Part shown: piece after piece, positions 7,401 through 11,821 of the stretch | Layout of the letters: every line of letters starts with the position of its first letter | Numbering within the stretch: position 1 is the first letter of the stretch | Assembly (NCBI RefSeq): GCF_018986915.1 | Contig: NZ_CP076723.1 | Span: 3,964,228 to 3,996,227, forward strand | Direction: 5' to 3' | DNA: 32,000 bases | Source: Geomonas oryzisoli | GTDB lineage: Bacteria > Desulfobacterota > Desulfuromonadia > Geobacterales > Geobacteraceae | Position numbers and translations under genes: made by a program | The notes under the pieces: generated by a model | Told to the model about the DNA's origin: nothing | Databases searched by the model: none | Seen by the model: the letters and a program-made list of their open reading frames with translations, nothing else

Positions 7401-10115
7401 GGCGGGCGTGGGCATGAAGCCGGTCACCGGCGCGCCGTTGATCTGCGCGGTGGCCGAGCCCGGTACCAGCGAGACGTTGGCGGGAAGGAAGTCCATGACG
7501 TCGGCATCGTAGGCCCGGGAGCCGCCGTCGTTGGTGACGGTGACGGTGTAGCGCAGGACGTCTGCGGGGGCCGCGGCGGCGGACGCGGCTTTCCCTGCCG
7601 GGGAGGCGTAGCCGACCGCCTTGGCCGCGGTGAGGTGCGGTTCGACCACCGTCATGTTGGCCGTGGTCGCCGCGCCGCCGGCCGACTGGGTCAGGCTGTC
7701 GCCGTTTAGCTTGTTGTAGGTGTAGGAAGCGGTGTTGCTGAAGCTGAGTCCAGCGCGGTTCGCACTGCTGTTCTGCAGTGCCGCCGTCACCTGGATAACC
7801 GCCTGCCCCCCCGCCGGTATGTCGATGCCGGTGGCGAGGTCCTGGAGGATGACGTTGGTCGCCGTGCCGGTGTTGGTGAGGTTCCAGTTGCCGCCGGAGA
7901 TGACGTCGGCACCGACGAAGCTCATGCCTGCCGCCGAGAGCCCCAGGTTGTCCAGTATCCTCACGTCGTAGAGCGGGACGTCCGCCGGGGTGGCGGGTAC
8001 CTTGATCAGGTAGCTGAACTGCTGACCGACGGTCGCCGTGGTCGAGGCAGGGTTCGCCTTGGAGAGTGCCCCCGGCGCCTGGATGGTGACCCTGGTGGGG
8101 TCTCCGCCGGAGCCGAGCAGCACGGTCCCATTGCTATAGGGATCGTCGCTCGGGCCGGCCCAGACCGTGACGGGGTTGGTGCTGGTGTCGGTCCCGGTGA
8201 CGCCGGCCTGGTTGGAGACGACGGTGCCGTTGGTGAGGGTCGCGTCGAGGGTCGCGTCGAACTCGACCTGGATCTGCGCAGTGGTGGTGGCGCCACCGGG
8301 GAGGGTGAGGCCGGAAACGGTGACGGACCCCGGGGTGCCGCCGCCGGGCTGGGTGACGCTCACCGTGCCGCCCGCCGGGGTGACGGTGACGTTGGAGACG
8401 GAGCGCAGCCCGGCCGGGAGGGTATCGGTGATGGTGACCCCGTTCAAGGGGGGCCAGGTGAAGTTCTGCAAAAGCAGGGTGTAGTGCAGCCGGTCTCCCG
8501 GAAAGGCCGCCGTGGCCGGATTGGCTCCGGTGGTCAGGTCGCGCACCGTCTTCTGGAAGTAGTAGCCTGCCAGCGCGGCGGTCACCGTGTAGGCATCCTG
8601 GAAGTCGAGGGTGCCGGGGGTGCCGTCGGTTATGGTCCGGTCGTACTCGCGGCGCCCGGGATAGCCGCTGTTGGCGCTGAACCACCTGGTGGCGCCGGCG
8701 ATGTTGGTGAGCGTCGCCCCCGAGGCGACCCCGGTGCTGTCGACCTGCGCCCGGTAGGTGACGATGAGGCGCTGGGTGGGGGCGATCTTGGCGGAATCGA
8801 GCAGGGTCAGGGTGAGCTGCCCGGGGGAACCGGGGCCGCCGCTCCAGGTGGTGGTGAAGTCGGTGCCGCTCACCAGCGGGGCCGACACCGGGGTCACCCC
8901 GTCGGAGGCGAAGACCTGGGCGCTGATGGTCCCGACCGGGGAGACGGTGCTCATGCCGGCCGGGATGTGGTCGGTGATGGTGGCGTTCCACGCTTCGCTT
9001 CCGCCGGTGTTCTGGACGTTGAGCGTGTACCTCACCTGTGAATCCATGTTGACCGTCGCAGCCGAACCGCTCTTGGTAAGGGTGAGGTTCGGCTCGACCA
9101 CCGTCATGGGCGGGGTGGTACCGGGCCATGCCTGCAGGTCCACCATGCTGGTGCTGTTGATCGGTTTGTTGAACCACATGTTGGCGGTGTTGGAGAACTG
9201 CGACCCCGCCTGGTTCACGCCGGCCGGGTTGCTGTCGAGGACGACGGTGACCTGGATCTCCAGGTTGTACCCTGCCGGGAGCGAGGCCAGCGCCGGGTTG
9301 TATTCGTAGGAGAAGACCAGGTGCCTGGTGGCGTCCGAGAGGACGCCGGGATGGCTGCTGAGCCAGCCGCCGCTCGCCCCGAGGGTGAGCGGCGCCCCTC
9401 CGTTGAGCGGCGCCCTCGCGCCGGTAGCGGGGTTCACGAGGTAGGCGGCGTTGGTCACGTAGCTCAGGGCGGCGCCCGTGGCGGTCAAGTCGTCGGGGAT
9501 GACCACGTTGGTCACCGTGGCGTCGTCGCTGTTGGCGATGTACTGGAACGTCCCCGTCGCGTCGAGTTTCCCCAAAAGCGGCACACTGATCGTATAGGTG
9601 AAGGGGACACCGACGGCGGCGGTGCTTTGCGCCGGGGGATTCTTCTTGCTCACCGCGTCGACCGGCACCATGAAGGCCTGGCAGGCCGGGCTGATGTTGT
9701 TGTACCCGCCCGGAGCCCAGTAGATCCAGAAATCGGACTGCGTCGGGTCGTTGCACGACATGTTGCCGTAATAAAAGACGTTCAGGAACGCGATGTAGTA
9801 GGATTGCTGCTGCGGGAAGTTGAAGTTTATGTTGGTGATCGGGAAGCCGCCGATGGAATCGGGGAAGTTCTTGATGGTGCAGTTGGTGTCGATCCCGAAG
9901 GTGGACGCCCCCCTGACCGCGGCGAGGGTGGCGGGGTTGTTGCCGTCGACCACGCCGCCGAACTGGGAGCAGAAGATCCCCGCTGCCCGGGCAGACGTGC
10001 CCCATCCGACCAGCATGACCAAAAGGGCGGCGGTCGCAGCCAGGCGCGCCACGGACCTGGCGGCGCCCATCCTGGCGGCGGCCATCGATAACATCAGCTT
10101 TGTCTGTGTCAGCAT
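1485..10115 (-). CDS. Giant secreted repeat protein (roughly 2,880 aa): N-terminal signal peptide, Cys-containing head domain, three isopeptide-D2-like modules, about eleven DUF11 (TIGR01451-type 'conserved repeat') domains, and two SdrD-B/Cna-B-like domains; putative adhesin or surface-layer component
   Basis: ORF 1485..10181 (2898 aa). The likely start is ATG 10115 ([46 protein letters not shown]); alternatives are 10094, 10085 and 10070. Recurrent DUF11 signatures are present (LTKSG...[81 protein letters not shown]). Cna-B-like segments are [16 protein letters not shown]...DGSYRFSGV and [23 protein letters not shown]...DEFGRFHI. There is no LPXTG motif, T1SS-type RTX repeat or autotransporter beta-domain. 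Confidence 0.9.
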   Translation of the reverse strand: [2876 protein letters not shown]

Positions 10116-10186
10116 TCTCACTTCTGCCCTCGATGAAGATCGCTCAACTACTGTTGCGGCCCTTGGCAGGCCGACCTGCACGCACC

Positions 10187-10236
10187 ACGAAAAAAACCCG
10201 CGCCACAGCCGGTACTTCGGCTGATGACGCGGGTTT
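10187..10236 (-). terminator. Strong rho-independent terminator between the 57-codon ORF and the giant gene
   Basis: The minus-strand RNA reads AAACCCGCG-uca-UCAGCCG-aaguac-CGGCUG-ugg-CGCGGGUUUUUUU. This gives 9-bp outer and 6-bp inner stems followed by a run of 7 U. On the plus strand the hairpin has no U-tract. Confidence 0.7.
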
Positions 10237-10308
10237 CACTTGCCCCGTAGGGATGAGACTTACCGCTGTTTCAATGCTGCTGTCGATTTTCCGGCCGGGG
10301 TGGCCGGG

Positions 10309-10482
10309 TCACTTCATTCTTTCGTTCCTGATCGCGTCGCAAACGCGGTAGTCGGCGATGTTCACCGTGACCTGCAGGTGCGGCGCGGAAAGAAGCCCGA
10401 TCTCCTTCATGCACTCGGTCAGCTTTCGTTTCCACTCCGGGTCAAGGGTTCGTTTGGTCAATTTTTCCATTGCATGCCTCAT
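10309..10482 (-). CDS. Hypothetical 57-aa protein, the first ORF downstream of the tandem riboswitches
   Basis: Not in the ORF track (below 60 aa). It runs from ATG 10482 (in-frame ATG 10470) to TGA 10311-10309. The RBS-like AGGAAAG sits 5 nt upstream. The translation is MRHAMEKLTKRTLDPEWKRKLTECMKEIGLLSAPHLQVTVNIADYRVCDAIRNERMK. No family was recognised. Confidence 0.45.
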   Translation of the reverse strand: MRHAMEKLTKRTLDPEWKRKLTECMKEIGLLSAPHLQVTVNIADYRVCDAIRNERMK

Positions 10483-10499
10483 GTAACTTTCCTAGGGAT

Positions 10500-10539
10500 A
10501 AAAAAAGAGCGCTCCCATCTACCGAAGATGAGAGCGCTC
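10500..10539 (-). terminator. Intrinsic terminator of riboswitch unit A (promoter-distal unit)
   Basis: The minus-strand RNA is GAGCGCUCUCAUCU-ucggu-AGAUGGGAGCGCUC followed by UUUUUUU. One position is a G-U wobble on the minus strand but a C-A mismatch on the plus strand, which fixes the functional strand. Confidence 0.8.
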
Positions 10540-10575
10540 CTAGATCGGGGGGGGTGCCGGATGCCAAGATGCTGA

Positions 10576-10661
10576 CTCATCTCTTCGGCAACCCGGCTAT
10601 CCTTCACAGGACCCGTGGCTTTGCGTCACCAGATCACTCTGGTTTTGCCCGTTCGGAGAAC
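10576..10661 (-). promoter_or_regulatory. GEMM-I (c-di-GMP-I family, Rfam RF01051-type) riboswitch aptamer, unit A
   Basis: The minus strand reads GUUCUCCGAACGGGCAAAACCAGA-GUGA-UCUGGUGACGCAAAGCCACGGGUCCU-GUGA-AGGAUAGCCGGGUUGCCGAAGAGAUGAG. It has the conserved GCAAA(A)CC box, a GNRA-capped P1 hairpin, the GACGCAAAGCC core, a P2 hairpin and the GGUUGCCGA 3' strand. Confidence 0.85.
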
Positions 10662-10702
10662 GTATTCTGTTTTAAATCGCGCCGACGCCTCGCGGAGCCA
10701 AT

Positions 10703-10741
10703 AAAAAAAGGCGCTCCCATCTGCCAAAGATGAGAGCGCCT
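10703..10741 (-). terminator. Intrinsic terminator of riboswitch unit B (promoter-proximal unit)
   Basis: The minus-strand RNA is AGGCGCUCUCAUCU-uuggc-AGAUGGGAGCGCCU followed by UUUUUUU. It carries the same minus-strand-only G-U wobble as unit A. Confidence 0.8.
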
Positions 10742-10774
10742 CTTGATCGGTAATAGCGGATGCCAAGATGGGAA

Positions 10775-10862
10775 CTCATCTCTTCGGCAACTCGGCTATC
10801 CTCATTCAAGGACCCGTGGCTTTGCGTCACCAGATCACTCTGGGTTTGCCCGTTCGGAGAAC
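10775..10862 (-). promoter_or_regulatory. GEMM-I (c-di-GMP-I family) riboswitch aptamer, unit B
   Basis: The minus strand reads GUUCUCCGAACGGGCAAACCCAGA-GUGA-UCUGGUGACGCAAAGCCACGGGUCCU-UGAAUG-AGGAUAGCCGAGUUGCCGAAGAGAUGAG. It has the same architecture as unit A, about 200 nt upstream of it. Confidence 0.85.
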
Positions 10863-10891
10863 TTTTTTAACAATTTGTAATCGACGGCCAC

Positions 10892-10920
10892 CTTTTAGCA
10901 GATGGCTTAACGCTTTGCAA
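10892..10920 (-). promoter_or_regulatory. Candidate sigma70 promoter for the tandem-riboswitch transcript
   Basis: The minus strand has TTGCAA (10920-10915), a 17-nt spacer and TAAAAG (10897-10892). It is preceded by A-tracts with repeated ATTGT (UP-element-like). The predicted start lies about 20 nt upstream of aptamer B, the same geometry as the 11676-11704 promoter. Confidence 0.4.
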
Positions 10921-11023
10921 CAATTTTTTTTCACAATCGCGGCAATTTTTTACAATCGCCGCGGCCACCGGCCGGAAAGCTTCTTTGGCCGCCGGGGCCG
11001 GGGAGGGAAAACCCGGCATGGTT

Positions 11024-11437
11024 TCAAGCGGTTTTGCACCGCCCCCCTGACAGGTCCCCCACGAACGCCCCCAGCTTCGCATCGCATTCGCGGATGTGGT
11101 GATTGACCCAATGGTCCAGGATAACCAGTTGGTCGATGCTCAGGCTGGCGCTCGCGGTTCGAGGCGTGCGGATGTCTATCATCCTCTGCCTGAAGATCTC
11201 ATGTTCATCCCTGTGCGCCAGGAAATCGGGATAGCAGGTGTCCATCATCAGCATCTGCTCGTAGTCGAAACACTGCGCCATGTACACCAGGATCTCGTCG
11301 AAGATGTACCCGTCCGGAGCCGGGCCTGTCATAAAGCGGTCATACGCTTCATTTATCTTCTCAACCACGTACTTGTGACACTGATCGATGTCTTCAATAC
11401 CGACCACCAGGTCTGAGGTCCATTTCGTGTTAAACAT
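11024..11437 (-). CDS. Hemerythrin-like metal-binding protein (bacteriohemerythrin family), 137 aa
   Basis: ATG 11437 is preceded by GGGAGGG 3 nt upstream; the track's 11449 start is a GTG inside the RBS. Hemerythrin motifs are present: W..DLVVGIEDIDQCHK, HRDEHEIF and WVNHHIRECDAKLG. Confidence 0.8.
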   Translation of the reverse strand: MFNTKWTSDLVVGIEDIDQCHKYVVEKINEAYDRFMTGPAPDGYIFDEILVYMAQCFDYEQMLMMDTCYPDFLAHRDEHEIFRQRMIDIRTPRTASASLSIDQLVILDHWVNHHIRECDAKLGAFVGDLSGGRCKTA

Positions 11438-11541
11438 AAGCCCTCCCACGGCATCATGCCAAGCACCCGAACGTTCACACTGGATATTTTGTCGTATCGA
11501 AACCGGCCCATGCCATGCTGGTCTCCCTGCGCCTGAACGCG

Positions 11542-11649
11542 AAAAAGCCGGGGCTTCGATATCAGGAGTGATATTTCGGCGACCCGGCTGTCTCGGTGAG
11601 ACCCTTTAGGCTTTCCGTCCCATCCTCGCGGATGGTTTAGTATTTTCGT
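11542..11649 (-). promoter_or_regulatory. Variant GEMM-I-like cyclic-dinucleotide aptamer (about 11573-11649) plus a putative terminator-type expression platform (11542-11589), in the hemerythrin leader
   Basis: The minus strand reads ACGAAAAUACUAAACCAUCC-GCGA-GGAUGGGACGGAAAGCCUAAAGGGUCUC-ACC-GAGACAGCCGGGUCGCCGAAAU. It has the GEMM-I layout (AAACC box, GNRA hairpin, GAC-G-AAAGCC core, second hairpin, AGCCGGGU.GCCGA). The canonical GC...GC closing pairs are replaced by the covarying CU...GG. The aptamer strand AGCCGGG (11589-11583) can instead pair with CCCGGCU (11552-11546), which is followed by UUUU. Confidence 0.55.
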
Positions 11650-11675
11650 GTATCGGTTCTTGTTATTGCGGACGC

Positions 11676-11704
11676 AACATAGCGCAGCAAGGCAAGCGTG
11701 TCAA
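11676..11704 (-). promoter_or_regulatory. Near-consensus sigma70 promoter for the hemerythrin leader
   Basis: The minus strand has TTGACA (11704-11699), a 17-nt spacer and TATGTT (11681-11676). This places the start about 20 nt upstream of the variant aptamer. Confidence 0.6.
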
Positions 11705-11821
11705 TGACATTTAATGTGCCGTACCCTAGCGTGCGGGCGAAACGGCAGCTTCCAAGGCCTGATCCCACCACCCCGATCCGGCCTTGGTCAAAACTGCCGC
11801 GGCACGGTGCACACGGGCCGC

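Noticed and set aside
1314-7709. A 2131-aa plus-strand ORF, the second longest in the track, with no stop for 6.4 kb
   Set aside because: It lies entirely antisense to the giant minus-strand gene. Its translation is Gly/Arg/Ala/Val/Asp-rich junk with no domain-like periodicity, signal peptide or RBS. Stop-free antisense frames are expected opposite GC3-rich genes. The minus-strand product has clear repeated DUF11/Cna-B motifs.
8134-10005. A 623-aa minus-strand ORF and other overlapping ORFs inside the giant gene (for example 4852..5607 minus, 8484..9041 plus, 9321..10091 plus)
   Set aside because: These are off-frame or antisense shadows of the 1485..10115 CDS. They have Arg/Pro/Gly-rich low-information sequence.
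10500-10862. The roughly 200-bp tandem duplication considered as a CRISPR array, minisatellite or mobile-element terminal repeat
   Set aside because: There are only two copies. Each copy contains a complete riboswitch fold plus a terminator. There is no short repeat and spacer organisation, and no cas or transposase genes are in the window.
10240-11106. Plus-strand ORFs of 83-112 aa overlapping the riboswitch region (10240..10575, 10470..10733, 10768..11106)
   Set aside because: The sequence is better explained as minus-strand structured RNA (two GEMM-I aptamers with terminators) plus a minus-strand 57-codon ORF. The plus-strand translations are junk and read through terminator hairpins.
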